DNA of 64,000 nt from Octopus sinensis (GCF_006345805.1 NW_021833020.1:11198-75197); one strand, 5' to 3'; shown: positions 36,511 to 48,419, numbered from the stretch's first letter. The notes: a model not told the origin generated them from the letters alone. Made by a program: numbers and translations.

Positions 36511-36904
36511 TAATACTAAGTAATTAAGGGTTTAGCAACGAATTGCCTCACCAACACACCGAATTTAGAAATAGCAGTCAAAGAGATATAGCTATTCCTT
36601 CTACTAAAAGGGGATCTCAGTAAAAACACAGCACTTGAAAGGCAAACACAGACAGGTAAGAAAGAAAGAATGAAATGACGGCAATCTATCATACAATTTT
36701 AAGTAGGTAACTTAAAATTGTATGATAGATTGCCGTCATTTCATTCTTTCTTTCTTACCTGTCTGTGTTTGCCTTTCAAGTGCTGTGTTTTTACTGAGAT
36801 CCCCCTTTTAGTAGAAGGAATAGCTATATCTCTTTGACTGCTATTTCTAAATTCGGTGTGTTGGTGAGGCAATTCGTTGCTAAACCCTTAATTACTTAGT
36901 ATTA
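36511..36904. repeat. Near-perfect 394-bp palindrome (foldback), arms ~194 bp, 5-nt loop
   Basis: 36511-36704 is the reverse complement of 36710-36904, loop AGGTA (36705-36709). The only difference seen is G4 versus C5 in one homopolymer. A diverged copy of the arm sequence is at 63897-64000. Confidence 0.97.
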
Positions 36905-37288
36905 TATATATATATATATATATATATAAATTACATATATATATGTATATATATATATAATATACATATATATATATATGTATGCATATATATATATGTA
37001 TATTATATATATACATATATATATGTATATTATATATATATGTATATTATATATATATATTTATATTATATACATATATGTATATTATTATATATATTTA
37101 TATTATATACACACACACATATATTATATATATATACACACACGTATAATATATATTCATATATATCAATTAGAAAAAAACTACAATTATGTAATTCAAA
37201 CAATGATAGACAAAACATATCATATAGAAAAAATAAAATATATTTAATACTAATTGAATTTTTACCTGTAAGTTTGGAGTTATACTCC

Positions 37289-37366
<78 letters not shown>

Positions 37367-37415
37367 CACATACATACATGCATGCATGCAAAGATACATG
37401 CATACATATATATAC

Positions 37416-37468
<53 letters not shown>

Positions 37469-37476
37469 CATACATA

Positions 37477-37543
<67 letters not shown>

Positions 37544-37562
37544 GTAATATATATATATATAT

Positions 37563-38160
37563 GGGATGATTGCTTCATCTTGAGAGATGATAGTCGTCCC
37601 ATCAACACACCAACACCCCATCACACAGCAAATCACTCCGTTGATGAGCCTTCAGATGACTTTTAAGACCAAATGGCAGGGTTTCGAACACAAATGGCAG
37701 ATATTATTGTGAAGTTTCTTTTATATCTTTACTCTTTGGAATCTGACTCTGAAAGATTGTTTTTGTGAACTAGCATATGTCTTTGAAGTCCAGATATTGT
37801 CTTACAAGTTTCGTGACATATGACACAAGTTGTAAGAGGTGGTTGGTGGGGTTTAAGCTTATTTGCTACCTGGGCATTACGATTTTCACGTGACTCGATA
37901 TGATTCACGTGTTCTACTTTTGATAAAAGAACACGATCACACATAGTACATGTCCAACATCATTGTTGATTTTGGTTCCAATTGCTCCTTTTAAGCTCAG
38001 AGCGCTGAATAATCTTTTCGCGCTTGGCGTTGCAAGCAGTTCCAACAGCACCTCTCCACTTATCCGATCCAGAGCATCAGTTTCCCAATCACTTTTGTTC
38101 ATATCTAGTTTCTTTAGGTTTTCCTACTCACAGTCTTTATATCACGTATGAAAATATTCT
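37563..38160 (-). mobile_element. RTE-clade LINE 3' end with three C2H2-type zinc fingers
   Basis: Across frameshifts the minus strand reads NLKKLDMNKSDWETDALDR, WTCTMCDRVLLSKVEHVNH, TTCVICHETCKTISGLQRHMLVH and GLKSHLKAHQR, then a short tail ending at (TA)n. Confidence 0.75.
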
Positions 38161-38164
38161 TGAC

Positions 38165-39457
38165 TCAAACTTAAAGAAAAGTGCAACTAGGAAAGTTGTA
38201 TGATTCTTAGAAAGCAACTTGCAAAAAGAATTCAGGAAGCTTAAAGACATTTAGTGAAGAAATTTGTTTGAGGAAGTGCAAGCGGCCTATAACAAAAAGA
38301 CATTAAGAATTTTTACAGTTTATTGCGGCAAGCTTTTGAACTCCAATCTTTATCGTATGTTCCCTTGAAGTCAAAAGATGGAAATAAGGTTATTAAAGAT
38401 CCTCAGGGAATAATGAATAGATGGGGAGAACACTTTGCAGATCTTTTCCACAATCCTTCTGTAGTGAACATGGATATAATAAAAAAAATTTCCGCCAAGA
38501 GAAATAGTGCAACTCATGAACAATACACCTTCTATTGAAGAAATAAATCTGGCATTATATAGACTTAGATCATACAAGCCCCTGGACTGGATGGTATTCC
38601 TGCTGAAATTCTGAAAGCAAGTGGGGATAATATTTCATCTGAAATTCATAGCCTGATAACTCGTGTTTGGAAAGAATTTTCTGTGCCACAGGCTTGTATA
38701 AATGATATTATAATTTCTGTATACAAGGGTAAGGACCCAAAATCAATGTGTGGTAATTCTAGATGGATAACTCTCCTGATACATACAAGGAAGATACTTT
38801 CAAGTATCATGTTAGATCGTCTCGTTAAAAATGTGTGTCCACATGTGATTCCCGAGGAACAGTGTGATTTTAGACCTCAGCGAGGAGCAATAGACATGAT
38901 ATCTTCTACGAGGCAGGTTCAGGAGAAATGCTTAGAGGAACAAACGCCACTATACCATGTCTTCATAAATTTAACTAAGGCATTTGACACGGTAAACAGA
39001 GAGGCACTGTGGACTGTTTTGTGTAAACTTGGTTGTCCAACACATTTTGCGAGCATCTTTAAGGAACTACACAGAGTAGGGAGTTTTAATGGCGACTTAC
39101 GAATTTTCGGTGGGCAACGGTGTCAAACAAGGAGATATTCCTGCCCCTACACTTTTCTCTATTTATTTTGCTACATTGCTTTGGCATGCTTTCAAGGATT
39201 GCAACAGGAGAATCGGAATCAGATTTCGGACATCTTGTTGCGTTTTTAATCTGACCTAGTGTAACTGCAAAGCAAGGACTTTCAAATCACTTGTCAGGGA
39301 ATTACTTTACGCTGGTGATGATGTTGGCACACTCTGAGGGGTATATGCAACATTTAACGGACAGGTTTTCCACTGCATGGTTATATTTCGAACTCAAAAT
39401 TAGTCTGGGGAAAACCAAAGTAATGTTGCGTCAGGGCAACCATATTCTGAACCAAAC
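38165..39457 (+). pseudogene. RTE-clade LINE reverse transcriptase fragment
   Basis: PLKSKDG...RWGEHFADLFH, KAPGLDGIPAEILK, IISVYKGKD...GNSRWITLL, PEEQCDFRPQRGAIDMI, VFINLTKAFDTVNREALW...LGCP and KISLGKTKVM; multiple stops and frameshifts. Confidence 0.9.
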
Positions 39458-39547
<90 letters not shown>

Positions 39548-40021
39548 CATATATATATATATAATTAGCACAAAAAAAGAAATATATATATATATATATA
39601 TGAGAGAATGTGCACATGAATTTAGGTGTATGGGTTTGCATGCATATATATATACGGATACACTTATATATACACACGCATGTATACATACACACATGTA
39701 TGCATACGTACCTACGTACATGCGCGCATACGCATAAATATATGCGTATACACTCTCACACATGCATATATACATACTAATATATATATACATGCACATA
39801 TGCATATACACACATATACACACATACTCATACATATGCATATGCAGTTTCTGTATAGTACATATACCCACTTACACACTCTTCTACACGCACACACATA
39901 TGTACATATACGCACACTCATATATATATATACATATACATACATATACATACCTATACATGGTAAGCAGGCTACAGTAAAGAAATATGTACATATATAT
40001 ATATATATATATATAATATAC

Positions 40022-40052
<31 letters not shown>

Positions 40053-40437
40053 ATATTTTGTGCTAATTTTGTGGGATTTGTTTTGTTTTGTTTTGTTATG
40101 TACAACTATGTATGGTGTGCCACTGAGTCACTCATACATACATACACACACACACACATATACATACATACATACATACATACATACACACACATACATA
40201 CATACATACATATATACATACATACATACATACATACACACATACATACATACATACATACATACATACATACATACATACATACATACATACATACACA
40301 CACATACATACATACATACATACATACATACATACATACATTCATACATACATACATACACACATACATACATACATACATATATACATATATACACACA
40401 CATACATACATACATACATTCATACATACATATATAT

Positions 40438-40485
<48 letters not shown>

Positions 40486-40490
40486 TGAAA
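39458..40490. repeat. Long compound microsatellite field (TA)n/(TACA)n/(CA)n
   Basis: Visible directly. Confidence 0.95.
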
Positions 40491-40508
40491 TATATATATT
40501 ACATAGGC

Positions 40509-40590
40509 TTATGAAGAAGAAGTCCGGGATCGATTTCGTCGACTAAAGGCGGTGATCCAGCGTGGCCGCAGCCAAATGACTGAAACAAAT
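40509..40590 (+). mobile_element. SINE family A tail fragment
   Basis: GATCGATTTCGTCGACTAAAGGCGGTGATCCAGCGTGGCCGCAGCCAAATGACTGAAACAAAT. Confidence 0.65.
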
Positions 40591-40599
40591 AATGGAAGA

Positions 40600-40679
<80 letters not shown>

Positions 40680-40934
40680 GTATGTATGTATGTATGTATG
40701 TATGTATGTATGTATGTAGTATGTATGTATGTATGTACGTATATATATATATGTATATATGTATATATATATATATATATATGTAATATGTGACACTGAT
40801 TCTGTAGCCATGATCAAACTCCGAGTTTCGGATGCCGAGGTGGAAATCCACGCCGCCATCGGAAAATGCTATGAAAAATGACCGTTATACAAAGGGAAAT
40901 TACTGTGTGATTGACCGTTATTAAGACAAAAGAG

Positions 40935-40968
<34 letters not shown>

Positions 40969-41869
40969 TGTTGTTTCAGCTCACAGCTGTAACAATGACC
41001 GCTAAGTGAGGGGCGGGAGTAAAAGTAAGGGGTAAAAAAGTTCATAGTATTCGCGTAAGTGTGCATGTTCATACCTACACATGCGCGCCCGCACATCCAC
41101 GTGCGTGCGCCTAAAAGTATGCATTCATCCACCCTCACTTGAAAACGTACACATCCTCACTCGCACCATTCGCCAAGTGTATATGTATATACATACCCCC
41201 CCACACACACACACATACACAGGCACCATAAGGGTTCATACACACGTCTATGTACGCACAAGCACAAGGAAAAACAGGGCTAAGGGTAACAATACAGAAA
41301 AAAAGGCATATACCTTTATGCACGCGCACACACACGCCTATATACACACATACTCGCACACGCCTATATACGCACAAACACACGCACGCACAAAAAAATC
41401 ATACATATGTCTATATGCGCGCATACACCAGAAAAACTGGGCTAAAGGCAAAAATACAGGAAAATGTGTAAAAACACAGTAAAATACGTCTATATACGCA
41501 CGTACCCGCCTGCACGCTCACACGCACACATCTATATACGCACATACCCGCACACACGCACACATCCACACACGGGCACAAAATATTCCATATACACGTC
41601 TATATACGCACAGGGAAAAATGTAGGGTGGAAGATAGAATACAGAAAAATTATGTGTAAAAAATATATAAGCAATAAACCTATAAACCAAAATCTCTATA
41701 AATATGTAAGAAATATATGTATAAAAAATATAAATTAAAATATATAAGAAATATAAGTAAAAGGTATAAAGAGATAAAAAACTTGTGCGTGGACACAATA
41801 TCGAAAGCAAGTTCTATCTGTAGCCTCGGGGGGACCAAAAGCGTAATAAATATTTGGCTACATATGGAC

Positions 41870-42784
41870 ATAACCCGAAAAGTTCCGTCCTTGAATTCAG
41901 ACATGTAGAAGGGTCTAACTGCTTTTCCTGATGAGCCATCTTTCCATATCGCAAAGACCGCACTTTCCGCTGCCGTTGGTGTAGGGCTTACACTTAGCTA
42001 AGATCTTCCAATGGATGTTGTAACTGACACCTTTATCTTTTAATTAACATATATGATTGAATAATTTGGTTGTTTTCCTCTTATCCCAGTGCCTAAAGCT
42101 CAAAGTGTGATTATTAAACCTGGCCTTGAAATTACCCTCTGTAAGGTCCACGTATTTCTTCGTCGAAACCGTGTCTTTAGTGGATATAGAGTCCACGGTG
42201 GTTTCGTAAATGATGATCTCGGAGATGCAAGCTCCATTTAGCGGGCACAAATTTTTATCCCTGCATGAACAGCTGGATTCGTAATGTGGTTTTCGTGTGT
42301 TGTGTGCGATTGTATTTTTAAAATTGATAGTTGAGCTGAAATTGATTTTTAAGTTACGTCTATTGAAGAGCTTCCTGTAAGTATGGTCGACTGGAAAATG
42401 TCTATCTACCAATACTAAGAAATACTTACCTATATTGAAGGTCAGCTCGGGTAAGTAGGGGTGTGTGAACCAGATGGTTTTCCTATTCCTATGTTTCCTT
42501 TTCTTTATTATTGGACTGGGGACATGTGTATAGGTTATTTCCTCGCTAAATCCACTATCTTTTATAGCCTTGTTATATACTGAGGCAACGCTATTTAAAA
42601 TGTCCCTATCGGAGGAGAGGCTAGAAATTCTCTTGCTAATGTTTTTAACTAAATTTTTAAATACTATAGGGGGATGGCATGAACCCACATTGATATAACT
42701 AAGACTATCATTGGGCTTCCTATAAGGCTTATAAATCTTCTTTTTTAGATCTAAGGATACGTCCAGGAAATTGACAACCGTCAA
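41870..42784 (-). pseudogene. Penelope-like element ORF remnant: RT C-terminus + GIY-YIG endonuclease
   Basis: VNFLDVSLDL...YKPYRKPND...YINVGSCHP (RT/thumb); CSCRDKNLCPLNGAC; IIYETTV...KYVDLTEGNFKARFNNHTLSF (GIY-YIG). Past the stop the frame continues LKDKGVSYNIHWKILAKCKPY...KCGLCDMERWLI. Confidence 0.9.
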
Positions 42785-42845
42785 ATATCGAGGTCTCTTT
42801 CATTCTTTTGTTGTCTTACCATTTTTATCTGTCTATCTATCTATC

Positions 42846-42888
<43 letters not shown>

Positions 42889-42891
42889 ATA

Positions 42892-42989
<98 letters not shown>

Positions 42990-43099
42990 ATAATTTGAGA
43001 GATAGACATATAGGAACCTACTTAGAAGGACTTAGTCAAAGAAATTTGACTAAAAATGTGTATGTGTGTGTGTGTACGTACGTACGTATGTATATATGT

Positions 43100-43960
43100 T
43101 CTCTTCTGTTTTTAATTATTTGAATTTCATTGCTGGAATGTAGACAACAAAAACCATATCACATTCTAAACTTGAAGAAAGTCTTGCACATTTTTACTGT
43201 TCCACTTAGAGATTGTATTTGTAATGAACAAATTAGTTGGTTGAATTCTTTTTCTGGAAACCCTAGCTTTTCCAGATTGTCACTTAGGCATTTACTTACA
43301 AAAACCAAGTGCACCAACAATTATTGGTATAAATGTGAATTTATAATCTGGAAACAGAAGATGCAGTTTTCGAAGCAGTTGTTCATAGGTATCCTTTTTC
43401 TCTTTGATTTTCAATTTTCATAGTGATATTTGCATTTGCAGGACAACTGGCCTCTTTGATGGTACATGCTTTTTTCTCGTCTATCTCAAACCACATACGA
43501 CCTGTTACGTTTACACTTGGCGGAAGTTTTGAAGGGAATGTTCCACCAATATTTCTTGTGTTGATGTTTGTGCTTGTATTCAATAATATTGAGGTTCTCT
43601 CTCTATATTTCTAGACAGTTTTTTTCTTATGGTATTGTATATTGCTTTAGTGACCACGTGATGTTGCACAAGGTGATAATACCTTGATGACATTTTTGGG
43701 CCATTGCTAATCATGTGAGATGTCTACCACAAAGACACAACATAATCGACATTTTCGGTTGCATCTTGCATCTTCAAGGCTTTCGTTGTCTCTTTTGTTC
43801 ATTTGAATTTTGTGGCAATCTCCTGTTCTTCGAAGTATGATGTAATGTAAAGTCACGGGTCCAAAAAAGGCTATACTTCATGTCAATATTACTCTTTTTC
43901 TTCAAGTCTACAACATTCTCTTCTCTTTGCTATATGCTAAGAGAAATACTATACCATACC
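43100..43960 (-). mobile_element. R4/NeSL-type non-LTR retrotransposon 3' end (CCHC knuckle + restriction-like endonuclease)
   Basis: Across frameshifts the minus strand reads EQEIATKF, KCRLC...SH...CPKMSSRYY (CCHC), WFEIDEKKACTIxExSCPA and YEQLLRKLHLLFPDYKFTFIPIIVGALG...LQIQSLSGTVKMCKTFFKFRM* (stop at 43159-43161). Confidence 0.8.
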
Positions 43961-45135
43961 TTCAGTCCTCCAATATCAACCAACGCAGGCAAATATTTTA
44001 AAGAATATATCTATATTTGACAATTTCTTCATTCTACTTAAGCAGCACCTTTTCACACAGGTGTATATAATTTATACAGTCATTGTATATCTGTATGTAC
44101 TTTAAACTTGTAAATTCGATTTTATTTCGAAGTGACACGAGTACGCGACATTGAAAAACCGCAAAAAAAAAAGAAACAAGTAAAAAAAACCCGGCGAAAT
44201 GTGTATCTGTCGCTCTGGTGACCACTTCTGGGGCGATTTCGTTTCGCCTAGCTTTGAAGCTTGATCCGTGTCTTGGGATTACTTATCGAGGTTTAAAGTC
44301 CTCACGAACATATGCTTTGGTTCTTCGCTGATGTGAAGAGCTTCATCCAAAGCTAAAATCTAACAGGAAAAATGACAGATGGATATGTGAAGACCCTTCT
44401 GATGTACCCAGAGTAATGTACACTAAGTTTTCAATTACACGTACATTAAGTATGTTGTACTGATAGTTTTTTTTTAAATTTTATTAGAGATCTGTTTTTG
44501 TTGCATAATTCGAATTTATATATTTCAGTTTATTAATTTTCCATCTCTTAAAAATTATTCAAGATATTTGTTATCTCTTTTTTTTTTTTACCAGAATATA
44601 TCTTCGTAGGCTTCTTCTGGAATCATCTTCGCAAGGTTTTCATGGAGTCATCTAAGGCTTCTCAGGGAATCATCACTGAAAGCCACATTACATAGCAGGC
44701 ATTGTTTTGTTATATTCGTAAACGAAGGCACCAATCCAAATTTCAAATGTTGTTGTGGTTATTATTGGCAATTCTTCTCAGTATCAACTGCTGTCAATAC
44801 GCTTATTAAAAATTGTTCTCAATTGACATAACAAATTACATAACTATCAGTTCACTGACATCTTTCCGATAGAACTGGGTGTGGAATATTCACTGATTGT
44901 CACTAGGTTATTTTGGTCTTCACACTGCAGTGTAGCACGAAGATGACGCCACTGACATGCTCAACCAAGCATTGCTGCAACCTAAGTTTCTTGCAACATA
45001 CTAGAAAATTCAGCCGAGCGAATAAAATATTTTCAAATATTATAAATGCTAAAGGTGTGTGATATAATAAATATGGCTGCTACTTGAGCGGTTTAACGCA
45101 GTATCTGTAGTTAATGCTGTGAAATGAACTGATCT

Positions 45136-45257
45136 GGGTTAGAATTAGGGTTAAGGTTTAGGGTTAGACTGCACGCTAAAGTGTAAATGGCCACGGTTAG
45201 AGTTTAGGACCAAGGTTAGGGTTACGGCTAAAGTCAGCACGCTAAAGTGTAAATGGC
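45136..45257 (+). repeat. Degenerate TTAGGG-like tracts interleaved with a 21-bp direct repeat
   Basis: GGGTTAGAATTAGGGTTAAGGTTTAGGGTTAG, GGTTAGAGTTTAGG and GGTTAGGGTTA; GCACGCTAAAGTGTAAATGGC at 45171-45191 and 45237-45257. Confidence 0.6.
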
Positions 45258-45609
45258 AAGGTAAAGTGAACGCTGAAGCTCTTTGTTGACTGTCATGAAT
45301 CTTTCTTCCATAATCTTTCTTCCATAACATGATAATTAATTTATAGATGGGACCCTAACAGGTGCTACTATTTCGGCCAGAGTAGATCTGGGAACAATTA
45401 TGTCTAAGAGTTGGTTCCGCTCTCCTCAAAACCCTGGAACTCTTGAAGCAGGGTCCAACAGTCGGACGCAGTTTAAAGCCATACACAGGACTAGTGCTCC
45501 ACACTGACAAATGTTTTCGTACCGGTTGAAAAAAATTCGTACTAATACAGTATCAGGAAGTTGGAGATACTTTAAAAGAGTTCAGAAGCAATAGAAGGAA
45601 TGTTGGTTT

Positions 45610-45815
45610 ATCTCTTCTTTTATTTCTTACTTGTTTCAGGTATTGAACTGCAGCCAAGCTGGAGCACTGCTTAGAAGGGTTTGGTTGAGCTAATTGATTC
45701 CAGTACATTTTTAAAGCTTGATGCTTATTCTATCAAAGATTTATGCCAAACAGATAAGATACGGGCACGTAAAGAAATCAACACCCAGTTGTCAAGCAGT
45801 GGTCGAGGACAAACA
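45610..45815 (-). mobile_element. SINE family A 3' half
   Basis: Reverse complement of the family A tail (TTCTTACTTGTTTCAG...GCTTATTCTATC...GTTGTCAAGCAGTGG...GGACAAAC). Confidence 0.65.
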
Positions 45816-46413
45816 ACAGCTCTGCCTTTTCAAATCATCTTAATTCCTTATTACATGTCTAACTTACAAATATTCTGATTTTCACTTCGATCACTTCGGG
45901 ATTAGTTTGAGTTTAAATACAGCAAAAATTCTTATATCATATTTCATTAATACCTCTTCGTTTTATCCCCTTAAACTTCTGTTTCCCTTGCCCTGTGCGA
46001 TCTTTGATCACTTAATTATACTGCGGCTACTAACAGTTCTCTTCAATTCCCTTAGATGATGGGAGCGTCTTTAAAATGTGATGCTAGAGTACATATTTGG
46101 GTCTATGTAATACTACAAACGATTTAATACGGACCTAAAACGTCTACATAATGGAAACACGTGTCGGCGTTTTATATGTTGTAAACTATTAATTAAAGAT
46201 GTGTAATTTTCTATTCTTCTCAGTGTTTTCCTAATATACTCTGGAACTTAATGCGAAATTCTTCGGAGAAGACTCATTTACTAATTGAACGAGAGCACAG
46301 CTGTAATTGTTTGATCAACACGATTCCTAGTGTTTCCTAATGCTTGATGTAATTAGCCAAGTTCGGATTACAGTTGAGTGGTCATAAAGTATCTATCCTG
46401 ACTTTGAAGTATA

Positions 46414-46490
<77 letters not shown>

Positions 46491-46511
46491 GTGTGTGCGC
46501 GCGCGTGTGTG

Positions 46512-46785
46512 TGTGGTGTAGTGTGAAAGCGCGTGACCTTGGGGCTAGGGCGTTGCACTAACGATCGCAGGATCGCGGTTTCGATTCCCAGGCAGGCGTT
46601 GTGTTCTTGAGCAAGACATCATTTTACATTGCTCCAGTCCCCTCAATTGGAAATGGGTAACCCTGCAACTGAGTGGCGTTCCATTCAACGGGGAATATCG
46701 ACCTGATCACTCAGCCAGTTGAGCGACATCATTTGGAGGTTACAACAATGCAAGCGAGCGCATTGTGATCATGCTGGTCGATAAA
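46512..46785 (+). mobile_element. tRNA-derived SINE family C
   Basis: GTGGTGTAGTG (A-box-like), GGATCGCGGTTTCGATTCCCAGG (B box, head similar to family B), then TTGTGTTCTTGAGCAAGACA and GGGTAACCCTGC body. Confidence 0.65.
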
Positions 46786-46919
46786 GGGATACATACATAT
46801 GCATGCACGCACGCACACGCGCACACAGAACCGTCTAAGAATGCATGAAATATGTTGTATATTTGTCAACAGACTGGGTATATTAATCGAAGTGTACAGT
46901 ATTGTATATCCGATACAGT

Positions 46920-47007
46920 CGATCTTACCAATCGGTTTCGCACCAAGAGTTCAACAGGGTGCTAGATAACAACCCGATTATGTAATCGTTGCGCTCTTCA
47001 GAGATGG
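46920..47007 (-). ncRNA. Type I hammerhead ribozyme, canonical core
   Basis: Minus strand: CCATCT-CTGAAGA-GCGC-(47-nt structured insert)-GTGC-GAA-ACC-GATT-GGT-A-AGATCG. G10.1-C11.1 intact, GUA triplet, helix I 4 bp + 1 bp. Predicted cleavage between 46926 and 46925. Confidence 0.75.
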
Positions 47008-47261
47008 TAGTTACAGAAGAAAATACTGCTTTGTATTGCTGGCGGTGAAAAGACACACCGTGTTTGTATTTACTGTGAAAAAAACGAAACGATCCAAGCA
47101 AGGTTAAATTAAGAGTTATATCTCTTAGTGGAAAAAAAAAAAAACTGCCTCTGCGGGCGTTGTAAGGTGACAAGAGTTTTCTGGAAATGTGTGTTTATTT
47201 TTGGGTTGGTGTTCTTGTAAAACTAGAATGAGTGCAGTGATACTATATGTGTAGCGTTTTC

Positions 47262-47285
47262 GGGGTGGGGGCGGGCCGGGGGGGG
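47262..47285 (+). other. G-quadruplex-forming motif
   Basis: GGGG-T-GGGGG-C-GGG-CC-GGGGGGGG: four G-runs with 1-2 nt loops. Confidence 0.7.
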
Positions 47286-47794
47286 AGCTGCATGAATACT
47301 TGTGCGTTCCTTGTGTGCATTGTGTGTATTTTGGTTAAATTCTTTGGAGTGTTTGTGTACGTATGGAGTGTGTTTAGGGGTACTATATATGTAAGGGCTT
47401 ATATGGGGCGGAGGGGAAGGATCTTTTAGGGGAATATCCACCATGTTAGAGAGCGCATATATCTATGAGTGTGTTTGTGTGTGTTCTGCTCAAACTCTTT
47501 GCCGGATTCCTAGGTATTGGTTGGGGGAACTGGTGATTATAGGCATGAAGGGGCACGTAGGTATGACAAAATGTACCTCCTTTCATGTGGACAAGGATTA
47601 AAACTCGGATTTGTGGAGAAAGATCGTCGCTCCTTAATTTAGGCTACAAATGACCACGATATGTAGACGTTCAAAATTTGTGAAACGTTTTTACGATTCG
47701 AATGATGACTCTTTACACAAGGGACGATGACAATTTCCTTTTCTTTACAACCTTACCGACGGGAAGGTGACCGGTCGAAGACAAAAACTAGAAA

Positions 47795-47832
<38 letters not shown>

Positions 47833-47849
47833 TTACATCCATCCATCCA

Positions 47850-48290
47850 TCCATACATACATAAATACGTACATTCATTTACACACATACATGCATACAT
47901 ATAAACATTCATACATACATTCATTCATACATACACACATACATACATACATACATACATACATACATACATACATACATACGCACACATTCATACATAC
48001 ATTTATTCATACATACACACATACATACATACATACATACACACACATTCATATATACATACATACACACATACATACACATACATACATACATACATAC
48101 ATACATACGTAACAGACACACGCTATATACATACATTCATACATACATACATACATACATACATACATACATACATACATACATACATACGTAACAGACA
48201 CACGCTATATACATACATACACACACACATACATACATACGAAACAGACACACGCTGTATACATACATTCATACATACGCACACACGCAT
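47850..48290. repeat. (TACA)n microsatellite field with a thrice-repeated ACAGACACACGCT(A/G)TATAC cassette
   Basis: Cassette near 48113, 48194 and 48244. Confidence 0.9.
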
Positions 48291-48419
48291 ATGCTCCGAT
48301 TTATTACGAGGAATTTTAAGTGATTAAGTGTGCAGATCTGGGATGTGCGTGTGCGCGCGCGCGCGTATTCTGGTGGCTAGTTAAACCTAAAACCAGAATT
48401 AAAATTTCTGCAATTAAAT

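Noticed and set aside
41938-41946. CTGATGAG as a hammerhead core
   Set aside because: It is the reverse complement of the Penelope coding motif WLIR; no GAAA or helix III follows.
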